NCBI RefSeq assembly: GCF_036321535.1
Contig: NC_087443.1
Location: forward strand, 81,778,001 to 81,842,000
DNA from: Camelus dromedarius
Taxonomy: Eukaryota
Length of the DNA: 64,000 bases
Direction of reading: 5' to 3'
Shown here: positions 48,263 to 59,060 of the stretch, piece after piece
How the letters are laid out: each line of letters starts with the position of its first letter
Position numbering within the stretch: the stretch's first letter is position 1
Notes under the pieces: model-generated
What the model saw: only the letters and a program-made list of their open reading frames with translations
Told to the model about the DNA's origin: nothing
The model's database searches: none
Translations under genes and position numbers: made by a program

Positions 48263-49775
48263 ACCAGGGTCTTCCTTAGCCCGGCCAGCCGAGGGTCTCG
48301 CTCACCGCTGCCCCCGGGACCAGGTGGAGCCTGCACAGCGTGCTCCTGAGACCTAGGTGAGGACACGACAGGCGGGGATGCTTCAGGCCCCCCCCACCCC
48401 CGGCTGTATGTGGCTGCAGGTAGCCCTGTCTCTAACCTGTCCCTGCTTGAGAGCCTCCACAAACCAATGGATTTTTATTTCCTTCAAATAATAAATCCTG
48501 GGGTTCCACCACGGGACCGGTAGGGTTTTTTGTTCAGAGTTAAATGTGAACACCTGTGAACAAAGATGTTTCTTGGATTGACTGTTAGGTCCCTGAAACA
48601 ATTTTCAGGGTGATGGTAGTCAGAAATGAGGGTTCTCGAAGGATTTGCAAAGCCCAGGCAGCTCCAGTTCCCATCAAAAGGCACCCCGCCCAGGAGCCTC
48701 GGGGCACAGCGGCTTGCGGGAGGAGAAGGACCTCAGGGTACGACTTAAAGGCAGATTCTCAGCTCCGGCTGCACTTCAAAACCGTCTACCAGGCTTTAAA
48801 AATATCCCTGCTTGCCCTCCTGCAGGTCAATTAAATCAATCTCTAGGGTGAGGCCAGGGTGTCTGGTGCTTTAACAGGCTCTTCAACTAATTCTAATGCA
48901 CAGCCAGGGTTCAGAGCCTCGGCCTCCGGAATAATCTTCTTCCCAGCGGAGCCTGGAGGAAGGAGAGCGGGGAGGCGGGTCTGAAGGGCCAGATTCTCAG
49001 AGTGGTGGGTGGTGCCGGGGGCGCAGCTGGGAGGCTGGGCCTTCCTACCCAGCGGGTAGCCTGGGACAGCAGGAGCCCTTCACAGAAGTCTCTGGACCAA
49101 CAGGGCACAGCAGAGGCTGTGTAGGAACAGCTGAGGGCCGTCTCCAGGCCGAAGGACTGACTGCAGACTTCCGAGATCCCTGGTGGAAGGCCCTCAGCCT
49201 CCCCGCTTCTTGGCCCTGGCCCAGCAAAGGTGCAAGGAGCTGGGAGCTGGCGGCCCCGGGCAGTGGGAGGAGAGGATGCCCCAAACCATGGTGGGGCAGG
49301 GTGCCACCTGCACTGGTGAGAGCACATGGACCAGGCTGGGGGAGGAGGCGCCGCTGAGACCTGCCCATTGTGCCTGGACAGCTGAAAACGGGAGAGGACC
49401 CTGACCCAGGGCGGGGAGCACACTCTGAATGGGAGGGGAGTGGACACAAACCAGCCCTGCCCTGATGCTCAGGAGAAACATAGTCCCCCACCGTGAGCCT
49501 GTGCCTGGGAGCTACCCCTCCCCTACCTGTGCCTGGGAGCAGCCCTGAAGGCTGAGGAATTCGCTCTAAAGAAAAAGAATGAACCTCAGACACATTCTTC
49601 AGTTTTGGAAGAACCACAGTTCTTTGTGGTGATGATTCTGTTCTCGCTCCTTCCTGCCATCAGCCACGGTGGGGCCCAGGGGCGAGCTGAGAACAGGTAA
49701 AAGGAACCAAGAACGACCCGGTGCTGTCGGCTCGGCTTCCCTCACCCGACAGACGGGGTTTCTCAAAGAGTGTCT

Positions 49776-50309
49776 TTGTTTTTTTAATTGCAGTGTAGTC
49801 GATTCACAACATTAGCCCTACCTTCTGACAGCACAGGGGCAGTCACACGTCTACACTGCTTTTCAGATTCTTTCTCATTATGGGTCATTACAAGGTATTG
49901 AATACAGTTCCCTGTGCTGCACAGTGGGACCTGTTTACCTATTTTACATATAACAGTTCGTACCCTCAAATCCCAGACTCCCGATTCATCCCTCCACACC
50001 ACCGCCTGTGACCATGAGTTTGTCTTCTATGTCTGTGAGTCTGTTTCTGTTTCGTAAAAAAGTTCATTTGTGTTCTTTCTTTTTTTAGGCTTACTTCACT
50101 TAGAGTGATGATCTCCACGTCCATCCATGTTGCTGCAAATGGCATTATTTCATTCTTTTTTATAGCCAAGTAGTATTTCATTGTATAAATGTACCACGAC
50201 TTCTTTATCCAGTCATCTGTCGATGGACACTGAGGCAGCTTCCATGTCTTGGCGATTGTGAACAGTGCTGCTGTGAACATTGGGGTGCAAGTGTCTTTTC
50301 GAATTAGAG
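49776..50309 (-). mobile_element. Cetartiodactyl/camelid-type L1, 3' UTR plus ORF2 end
   Basis: Minus ORF 49966-50337 includes RKDTCTPMFTAALFTIAKTWKLPQCPSTDDWIKKSWYIYTMKYYLAIKKNEIMPFAATWMDVEIITLSEVS. Confidence 0.95.
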
Positions 50310-50773
50310 TGTTTACTGAAATAATATCACACAACATGAGAGTTGTGGATTCAGCTTTATTTGGGGAAAAACGAGGACTCTAGCCCAGGAGACAGCATCT
50401 CCGAGAGCTCTGAGAACCTGTTCCGAGGAGGCAGGGGAGAACTCAGCACCACGTGTAATTTCAGCGAAGGGGGACGTGCGGTCAGGCACACACTTAGGCA
50501 GAGGCTTGCTGCTGGTCACGAGGAGCAGTGGTCACTGTTGATGAATTTAGGGTTTTTCTAGATAGGAGGAGACGCGAGAATTTGGGCTCATAAAACCTCC
50601 TGAAAACATCTCACTATCTGAGGGCCCATTCAGCCAGTTCTCCCAGAGCACAGAGAGCCGCATTCCTGACCTCCAGCCTGAACTCCTTCCAGGGAGCACT
50701 GGGGGTCAGTGGCTGCAGCGGCCCACAGTTTAATCCCAGCAGAGGTAGACGGCAGGTGCCAGTATGTTCCAGT
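50310..50773. mobile_element. ERV1-class LTR, MER41_BT/MER41_Vpa-like
   Basis: Starts TGTTTACTGAAATAATATCACACAACATGAGAGTTGTG; shares GAATTTGGGCTCATAAAA.CTCCTGAAAA and GAGGTAGACGGCAGGTGCC with the 47.8-kb copy. Confidence 0.85.
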
Positions 50774-51129
50774 CCTCGTAGAGGCAGGGGCAGGCGCCAG
50801 CTTGGAGTTAGCAGGAGTCTCCTCCAGATGCGTGCCCAAGAGCGGGGCTGCTGGGTCCAGGGTGGGCCTATTTCCAGTTTTTTAGGGACGCTCCATACCG
50901 TTTTCTGAGGACCACCGACCACCCGCAGCAGCTGAGTGAGCAGGCCAGGTGGAAACGCAGGTCCTCAGTCCCAGCCTAGGTCAGGGTCCGAGTCTCTGGG
51001 AGAGGGTCTGTAAACCCGCATTTTCACAGGTTTCCCGGTGGGAAATCCAGATGTACGCTCACATGGGGACCATCCAACTTGACAGGGCAGCAGAGCCACC
51101 CGGGAGGCTCTGGCGACCTGGCACCAGGC

Positions 51130-51660
51130 TGTGCCATGCCTGTGCCGGCGGAACGTGCGGGTGGGAGCAGGCGGCAGCGCTTGCGGGCCTCCCCGGTGGC
51201 TCCGGGGTGCGGCTGGCGCTGGGACTCAGCTCTGCCTCCGCGCCTCTCAGATCGGTACACGGATCGCCGGCAGGTCCCGGTAAAACGCAGCCTGCAGTAA
51301 GCGGTCCGGGCGGGGCGGGGGCGGCGTCCCTCCAGGGCTGCCTCCGGGGTCGGCGGCCGCAGACCAGGCGGTGCCGCGGGGCCCCGGCCGCCGACCCGCG
51401 CTTCCACAGCCAGCTGTTCAAAGGCGGCTCCCCGCCTGCGCGGACGGTGATGCTGCAGGTGGGGACAGTCTCTGTCAACGAGCCAGGGCGAGGGGTTGCT
51501 AACCCACGAGAAGCTGGCAGCGTGCAGGCTCCCGGGCTCGGGACACGCCCGCCGGAGGAGTCGGGGTGGAGGTCCTAGAGGAGGCGCCCACGGCCACCCT
51601 CGCGCGCGCAGACGGAGCACGGCTAGGCGGGCGGGCCGGCCGGCCAAGCAGGAGCCCGGA
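51130..51660. promoter_or_regulatory. CpG-island-like segment with tandem GC boxes
   Basis: Dense CpG (e.g. GGTCGGCGGCCGC, CGCGCGCGC) and GGGCGGGGCGGGGGCGG at about 51308-51324; no repeat origin recognised. Confidence 0.45.
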
Positions 51661-51684
51661 ACACCCGTCTTCTATTTACTCACT

Positions 51685-51881
51685 TTTTCTTTAAATTTAT
51701 TTTTTTTGAGCTGCATTATTGATTTTGAACATTTTTTAAATAATTTTATTCTGTTTGGTTTTTTTTTGGTGGGTAATCAGTTTTGTTTGTTTCTCTGTTT
51801 TTAAATGGAGGCACTGGGGATTGAACCCAGGACCTCGTGCATGCTGAGCATGTGCTCTGCCCCTGAGCTGTACCCTCCCCG
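51685..51881 (-). mobile_element. Vic-1-type camelid SINE
   Basis: ATGGAGGCACTGGGGATTGAACCCAGGACCTCGTGCATGCTGAGCATGTGCTCTGCCCCTGAGCTGTACCCTCCCCC with a long AT-rich tail. Confidence 0.92.
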
Positions 51882-54461
51882 GGGGCCACCTCTTTTGTTG
51901 TGCTGCCAACTGTACAAACTTCATGGATGCTTCTTAGCTGCAGCCTCGTGTTCCCTCTTTCTCATGGGTTCGGCTGGAACGCGCTGGTCTGTGGCGGTGG
52001 CCTTGTGGGGACGTAGAGCAGTGCAAAGGGTGCGGATTTACCTGTTGTCTCTGTGGAACCCCCATCCCATTGTGGCCCCCCCGTGGCTTGGCTGGTCTCT
52101 TATCTCCCCCGAGACCCCAGGTCGGAAGGGTGCTCACCCCGCCCCATGGCATCCAGCAAACCCGGGCAGGGCTCAGCCCAAAGCCAATGAGTTTAAGACA
52201 AACACTGTTCCAGCGTGTGCGGAAGTCAAGTTAGGGTCTTGGCTGTCTGCAAACACAGGCTCAGGGGAGCAGCCCCACAAGGAGAAGACTCCCGGGGAGT
52301 CTCTTCCTGGAGATGCTCTGCGTTTGCAGAACGTTAGAACAAACCGACTGGAAAGAATTATTGATTCCACCTCTTCTGGAAATGTGCTTCATTTCAAGGT
52401 GACCCCTGCCCCCCACAAAACGCCCGTCTTCCTGCCCCACGGAATTAATTTAGTGAAGATCTCACCTGCAATGTCATGGTTCTATCAGGTGAAGCTAAGT
52501 TATGTCGCAGGTTGGGTCGACAAGCTGTGCCTTGGTCCCTCCACACTTTCCACGAGCTGGATGGGGGCCTGCGGGTCTGCTCACACTCGCCGTGGTGGAC
52601 GACTTCCATTCAGATCTGTCACCCCCGTCCTCCCGGGCCCTGATCTCTGAGTGCTGGCAGAGCCATTCGGAGGGGAATCCCGCAGCCACGCGGGATGTGT
52701 CTATTTCACAACCAGCGCGTGAGTGTCTTCCAGGGTGTAAGGTTCCTGCCCTTGGGATGCACAGAAGGGGCCTGTCTCCTATCGGGGGGGGGGGTGTTGT
52801 GATCTCAGGCTGCTGCCCGGGAGGGCGCACAGCTTCCCTTCCCGGGGATGTGCAGTAAAGCCGGCAGAGGCGTGGGCGGCCCCGTCTGAGGACCGTGATC
52901 TTTCCTCCTCCCTTCTGCCTCCTCAGTCTCCGCACCTGCTGTCTTTCAGGGAGAGGCACACAGAAGTGGCCTGAGGGACTCCCTCGGTGCAGAGTGCGTA
53001 ACTGCCGATGGCATGGGAGCCACACACCCCCTCTGGAATCTCTCTGGTTTCTGGCATCAGCAGAGCAGCGAGAACTCACGAAGTGGTGTGTCATTACGGC
53101 CGTGGCTCCCTGCAAGCCTGGGGGGCCTTCCAAGCACCGAGACGGCCTCCTGGGTGCTTCCTGGGGAAACTCTCGCAGGGACTGTCACTGTCCTCTGAGC
53201 AGATGCCAAGAGAGCTTCGCGAGGGGACCCGAGGGGCTGCAGCTGAGCTGGGAGCTCCGGGGAGACGCCGTCCTGAGAACCCTGCTGGCCAGCTGCAGGA
53301 CCGCGGTGGGAACTCCGTGCCCTCTCTCAGCCAAGACGGCTCTCTGGGTCTCTCCTCAGCGTTTCCCTAAGTCACCATGAGCTTTGCATGAAAGGGGGAG
53401 ACATCAAAGACTTTTAAAAGGGGGCACTTTTAGTACTTTGCCATTTCTCCAGCCTGGCACAAAGGATGAAGACTTACCACCACGTGATGGCGTCTGGGGG
53501 ACAGGGCTTTGCGATGGCGGGAGGCAGGTTGGGGCGGACTCATCACTTCCCATCGCGGAACCGCAAACGTGTGGCACCTGTGACGCTTAGCGGCTTTTCA
53601 CTGACTGAGGACGACCTTGAGCAGAGTCCCCGGCCCAGAGGGAGGTGTCGGTCAGCGGCCCACGACGCGGACGCACACCTCACCCCCGTCACCCCATTTC
53701 CACGACCTCTCTTTCCAGTTACGTCTTTTGGGGATCTGTCCCTGAAGAGGACTTCTGTCCCTCTCCCTGGCCCCACCTGACTCAGAGCAGACAGCAGGGG
53801 CCACTTTTTGTAGCTGTTTTCTAATGGGATTTGTAAGTCCTATGAGCCCAAGCAGGCCCGTCTGTAACAGAATTTGGGGATTTGTGGACACAGGAGTCAG
53901 CTCATGACGCATGACGTCCCGAGGTACCACCAGCCGGAAAGCATGAAGCTTGCTGAGCTTCATTTTACGGTTCAAACGGCTGTTTTCCTGACTTTTACGT
54001 CAATGGCGTTCTGTTATAAACTGGCCTCAGCTCACAGCTGGTTAAGGCCAGCCCTTCTCTAATCCTTCAGGCACCTACGTGGGGAGGATGCTTGTGTATC
54101 GAAGGAACTTTTCTTTTTAAACAGGTAAAATTAATTTTACCTGTATATTGTTTTTCAACCAATGTATCTAAAATATGTTGGACACAAGTGAAAATTCCTC
54201 TGCTAGACTTACAACACGCTCCATCCACGTTGAGACCAACACGCGCATTTACGGGATTCAAGTACCTTGAAACTTGGGTGAACCTCAGGAAACCGAGAGA
54301 ATTATAAATAGAGCAAAATCTGTTTTCAGCCACTCTGATTAAAAAAAGTTCTTTGAAACAGGGATCAGCTGAGATACAGAACGCAGAACGACACTTTCCT
54401 TCCACAAGAGCAGTGAGATTAACGCCTAGTACGCTATTAGCGAGAGAAAATACGTTTTGTC

Positions 54462-54655
54462 TTTTTATTGTAATTCAATCATTTAGTTTTTAATTGAAAT
54501 ATAGCTGGTTTACAAGCTCGTGTTAGTTCCGGGTGTACAGCACGGTGATTCGTTATACGTGCATACGTATCTGTTCTTCCTCAGATTCTTTTCCATTGTA
54601 AGTTGTCACCGGATACTGACTACCGCTCCCTGTGCTGCACGGTAGGCCCTTACCC
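54462..54655 (-). mobile_element. Cetartiodactyl-type L1 3' end
   Basis: TTAATTGAAATATAGCTGGTTTACAAG...GGTGTACAGCACGGTGATTC...CCCTGTGCTGCACGGTAGG. Confidence 0.85.
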
Positions 54656-55249
54656 GTCCAGGGATTTAGGCTCATGGACAACGGTCTTCTCGCTGGAGGG
54701 CCCCCAGAGCGCCATCATGGGTACAGAGAGCCCCTCCACCAGTCACAGGAGGATGTGGACACGCCGGAGGCCGGGCTGACTTTGGGGACTCACCGTCCGG
54801 TAAATGAAGCTACAGTGTAAGAGGTGACTGTCTCCTCACGCAGAGACGGAGGGCCGTCGTGCGAAGGACGTGGTGAACCACTGAGAAAGCTGCAGGCATG
54901 CAGACCCCTAGGAGTCGGCGGAGAGAGCAGGGAGCACAGAGCAGAGTCTACAGAGGCCTCTTTTCTGAGCTGAGAGGTGGAGGTGGAGCGTAAAGCCGCC
55001 TGTGCTGGGCCTTTAAGGCCCAAGTTCGAGTCGCGCCTGAGCACTTCCTGGCTGAGAACACGGCCCGGCAGCTGAACCTCCTCCCAGCAGGTGCTTTCTT
55101 TAGTCCTGCGATGCAGGGGACGGAGCCTGGCCCGGGGTGGACACTGAGCTCACGCAGGACTCGGGCCTCAGACACTCTCCTCTCCGCCTCCTCTTTCTTC
55201 AGGGCGGCGGGGGTGGGGGTTGAAGAGGAAGGAGCACAGATTTCAGGAC

Positions 55250-55360
55250 AGACAGACGCAACCCCAGCCCCATCCCTTCTCTGTTCAGTCTGTGACTTGG
55301 GGCAAGTTATCCCATGTTCCCGGGGGTCAGGTTCCCACCTATTAAGATGTTGATAACCGT
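55250..55360. mobile_element. MIR core remnant
   Basis: CTGTGACTTGGGGCAAGTTA...TCAGGTTCCCACCTATTAAGATG resembles the MIR core. Confidence 0.55.
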
Positions 55361-55377
55361 GTGACAGTCCTCACTGC

Positions 55378-55548
55378 TTGTTTTTGGTTTTTGCAGCACA
55401 GTCAGTTACAACGTGTCAGTTCCTGGTGCGCAGCGCAGGGTCCTAGCCATGCATGTACGTACATATATTCGTTTTCATGTTTTTTTCATTAAAGGTTATT
55501 ACAAGATATCGGTAGTTCCCTGTGCTCTACAGAAGAAAGTTTTTTGGC
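55378..55548 (-). mobile_element. Camelid-type L1 3' end
   Basis: CACAGTCAGTTACAACGTGTCAGTTCCTGGTG...CATTAAAGGTTATTACAAGATA...CCCTGTGCTCTACAGAAGAA. Confidence 0.85.
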
Positions 55549-56124
55549 TGAGTTAATAGGTACAAAGCTGCTAGCACAGTGCACTCAGTCGGCTCTGAAT
55601 GAAAGTCAGCTCCATCCCCCACCCTTGCAAGTAAACCCGTATCCAGGGAGGTGCTGAGCTCTGAGGACACAGCCCTGCAGGCACCCCTGAGGCCCAGCCT
55701 CCTGCCCAGGGCCATGCCTCGGAGAGCGTGCAGCTGTGCATTTTAAGGAGGGTGGACTTTTCAGGTTTTATTTTCAGGACAGCGGTGCCCTGGGGTCTGC
55801 TTGTGAAGTCCAGGAACCGGCCTGTCATGTCACAGCCCGGGGTCTGCCTCTGCAGTCTGTCCTTGACTCCTTAATCCTCCCTGGATCCCAGGGGTCTCTC
55901 CTCGCTCAGCGCCCACGGAGCCGCTCACTACCTATTATTTCAGGAAAGGCGTTTTCCTGAAAATCTAAGCCTAAGAAATGCGGCCAGCACCCTGCAATCG
56001 CCCCATCAGCTTTTTGTTGTTTTTCTTTTGTGTTAAGTCTGTTAATTTTGTTTTTTCCCCAATCTGATGGATGAAAAGAATGCTATTCTAGCGGGTTTAT
56101 GTTGCATCTCTTTTCTTATCTCTT

Positions 56125-56705
56125 GTTTGGTTAGGTTTATTGAGGTGCACTTACACACAGTGAAATTCACTCTGGTGCACAGTCCTGTGAGGATTTACGA
56201 ACGCGTGGTCATAGCCACCTCCACAGTCAGAGTGGATTCGCCTCCCCCGCCCAGTCCCTCCCGCTTTTCGCCTGCAGTCAGCTGTCTTTCTCCGCCGTGA
56301 GCCCGGAAGCTAGCGGTTTCTTTCCTGGGCCTGTATTTCCCCTTGTCCGGAATGTCACATAAATGGAACCATACAGTCTGCAACCTTGAGTCTGGCTTCT
56401 TTCACTCAGCAAATGTGTCTGAGGGTCATCTTTGTTGTTGTATGAATCAGAAGTTCTTTCCTTTTTGTCAGTAAGTTGATTTTCATTGCAGGGACGAGTC
56501 CCAGCGGGTTTACCCGTTCCTCTGCTGAAGGGCATTTGGGCTGTGTCCATTTTTGGTAGCTTGTGAATACAGCCGCTGCAAATATTCACATACGAAGTTG
56601 GCGTGATGGTGTATTTTCATTTCTCTTGGCTAAATCCCCTGCAAGTGGGATTTCTGGGTCACATGACAAGGGTATGGTTAACTTTATAGGAAACTGCCGT
56701 CAACT
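56125..56705 (-). mobile_element. L1MB-type 3' end
   Basis: TTTATTGAGGTGCACTTACAC...GAATGTCACATAAATGGAACCATACAG...TGGCTTCTTTCACTCAGC...TTCATTTCTCTTGGCTAAAT. Confidence 0.85.
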
Positions 56706-57089
56706 TCATTTTTAGACCATATTTATGCCAACTTTTAAATTAGACACAGATTTCTATGTAAGCAAGAAGCTGATTTATCCCCACAGAATCGACAGAGGGG
56801 AGACTTTAATAAAGACAGGATTGTCATTCGATTTCTGCCCCGAAGCTGCGTTTTGGCTCCTCTCTCTCCCGTCAGCCCTGAGACGCACCCTTGCCTCCCA
56901 TCCATTCCTTTCTAGTCCCCTGGGTGCCACCCAGGCTCAGTCCCCTCCCCTGTACCTGGTGGGCTGTGGTGAGTCCAGGAAGTTCAGACAACCGAGCTTA
57001 CAGAGGGTCGGTCTCTTCCACTGATCAGCCAGGGTCTAGCTCAGGGTAGACCTTCAAATGTAATATTGAGTAAATATCTCCCTTGGTTA

Positions 57090-57375
57090 TTTCTTTTCTA
57101 AAAAAAATTTCTATTGAAGTGCAGTTACAATGTGTCAGTTTCTGGTAGACAGCACACTGTCCCAGTCATGCATAGATTTACATACATTCATTTTCATATT
57201 CTTTTTCATTAAAGGTTATCACAAGACATGGAACTCAGCTCCCTGTGTTATACAGAAGAAATTTTTTTTTCCTATTTTTATATATAGTGGTTAACATTTG
57301 TAGATCTCAAACTCCCAAATTTACCCCCTCCCACCTCCGTGCCCCGCTAACCATCAGATTATTTACTATGTCTGC
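57090..57375 (-). mobile_element. Camelid-type L1 3' end
   Basis: ATTGAAGTGCAGTTACAATGTGTCAGTTTCTGG...CATTAAAGGTTATCACAAG...TATACAGAAGAAATTTTT...CAAACTCCCAAATTTA. Confidence 0.88.
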
Positions 57376-57399
57376 GTGGTTTACTCTCAACCCCCTAGT

Positions 57400-57850
57400 T
57401 CCCAGGGAGGCACGAGATATGCACTTGTGCTCAAACCATGGCTGCCAAATGAATGAATGAGCTGATTAATTACAAGTTGCATGAACTTGGCAGCTGGACG
57501 TCGGCAGGGGTGACAGAGGGACTTCAGGTTCCACGCTGAGAATGGCTGGAAATGCCCACAACATAGACGGATTGGTTAGTGATATCGATACTAGATGTCA
57601 GGACCCCCTCAGAAGGAGGCATTTCAGAAATGCTGAGCATCAGGCTGGGCGCTCTGGGTGCCCTGAGCAGTGGGGACTGCACTGTGGTCAGGGAGACGGG
57701 GCTTGGAGGCCACACTGACACCTGGGCTGTCGCTCGTCTTTGAACCTTCTTGAATGTTTCTTCCCTCCCTGAGATGGACTGGAGGCCTGTGCAGCCACGG
57801 GATTAAGGAGCTTTCCTAAAACTGAGTTTGCCTTTAGCTCCTAGCCCTGG
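57400..57850. mobile_element. L2 remnants
   Basis: L2 terminus-like GTGCTCAAA...AAATGAATGAATGA at about 57430-57465, followed by degenerate antisense L2-like sequence. Confidence 0.4.
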
Positions 57851-58799
57851 GGCCTTGGGATACTGACCCAAAGAGAAGTCCTGGCAAAATGCGACCACGG
57901 TGCTACCTTTTGGTTTGTAAAGGGAGGGGTTCTAGTGGGAAAACATCCAGCCAGCAGTGTCAGTGCTGGAGGGGAGCCCACGTGGGCGAGAGGGCAGGGG
58001 ACGCCACCCGGGTCTGAGCGAGCGGCGAGCTGCCCGCAGGCGAGCGAGGCCGAGGAGCAGCCCCGCGCCGTCCGCAGGCCGCTGTGGAGCCGGGCCCTGT
58101 GCTCCGCGGGGAGCCCCCAGCCCGGGGGGCTTCCTCTCACCCCTCCCTTGACTACCTTGAACCAGGAGCCTCAGGAGCGGGGCGCTCCCCGCACTGCCAC
58201 CATCCCCGCGGCTACTTTTAGAGACCTGAGAAAAGGAAGTAAATCCATCAGAAACTTTCTTGATCCTCTTCCCCAGTCAGGCCATGAACCGAGGAGACAC
58301 AGTCGACGTGATTTATGGTCCAGCGCGAACATGGGCCCGAATGCTTTCCATGTAGAAAGGGCTTTTTTGATCAATTACAGCATTCCTGCAGCACCATAAA
58401 AATACTGTATCTCTCAACCATCGAGACGTTTCATCAAAATGTCATGATTTATTTCATTTTTCTTACATGTAGAAGCCCTTTCTCTGCCTTCCTGATTTTT
58501 TTTTTTTTAATTTTGCTGCATTCAACATCATTTTTCCCTGTTTCGCTGCCGAGATGGCAGGTCCTTTGGCTCAGGCTCAGGGAAACGCTCTTTGAATCCA
58601 GCCTTCGTCTTTCATCTCCCGGTGGAGTGAGCTGTCCCCAGGCCTGTGGGGGACACCACACTTACTTCATTCCACCTAAAGCACGGAGGAGGGTTTGCAC
58701 GTGTGTGTCCTTCACCTGGCCCTTGGCCCTGTCTGATCACTCCCGCTCCCCACGCTGGCCCGGAACGTGGGCATCTGGAGGCTCTCAACAAATGACTCA

Positions 58800-59060
58800 T
58801 GAATGGATGGAAAAGTCAGCAACCAGATGAGTAAATAAATAAGATGTCCTTGACCAGAGACAGAGGGCCCTCATTTAAGGATGACCTGAAAACAACAGGG
58901 ACTTCCCTAAAGAGCGAGAGAGAGGAGGTGAGTCCTCTGGGGATGCAGAGCAGAGCAGGCACTGGGCAGCAAGCCCTTGGAAGGGAGGGTTGAAAAACCA
59001 TCACAAGGAACGAGAGAGGCCCCTCCCTGGTCTACTGAATCGAGGGGAGGTTTCTCAACC
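58800..59060 (-). mobile_element. L2 remnant
   Basis: Purine-rich degenerate similarity to antisense L2 (CATTTAAG.ATGACCTGAA..., GCAGAG...AGCAAG.CC). Confidence 0.4.

Noticed and set aside
49498-49540. 15-bp direct repeat CCTGTGCCTGGGAGC as a CRISPR-like or functional array
   Set aside because: Only two copies 28 bp apart; a simple local duplication in mammalian DNA.
401-58800. Enrichment of AP-1 sites (TGAGTCA/TGACTCA)
   Set aside because: About a dozen seen versus roughly 8 expected by chance in 64 kb; not distinguishable from background.
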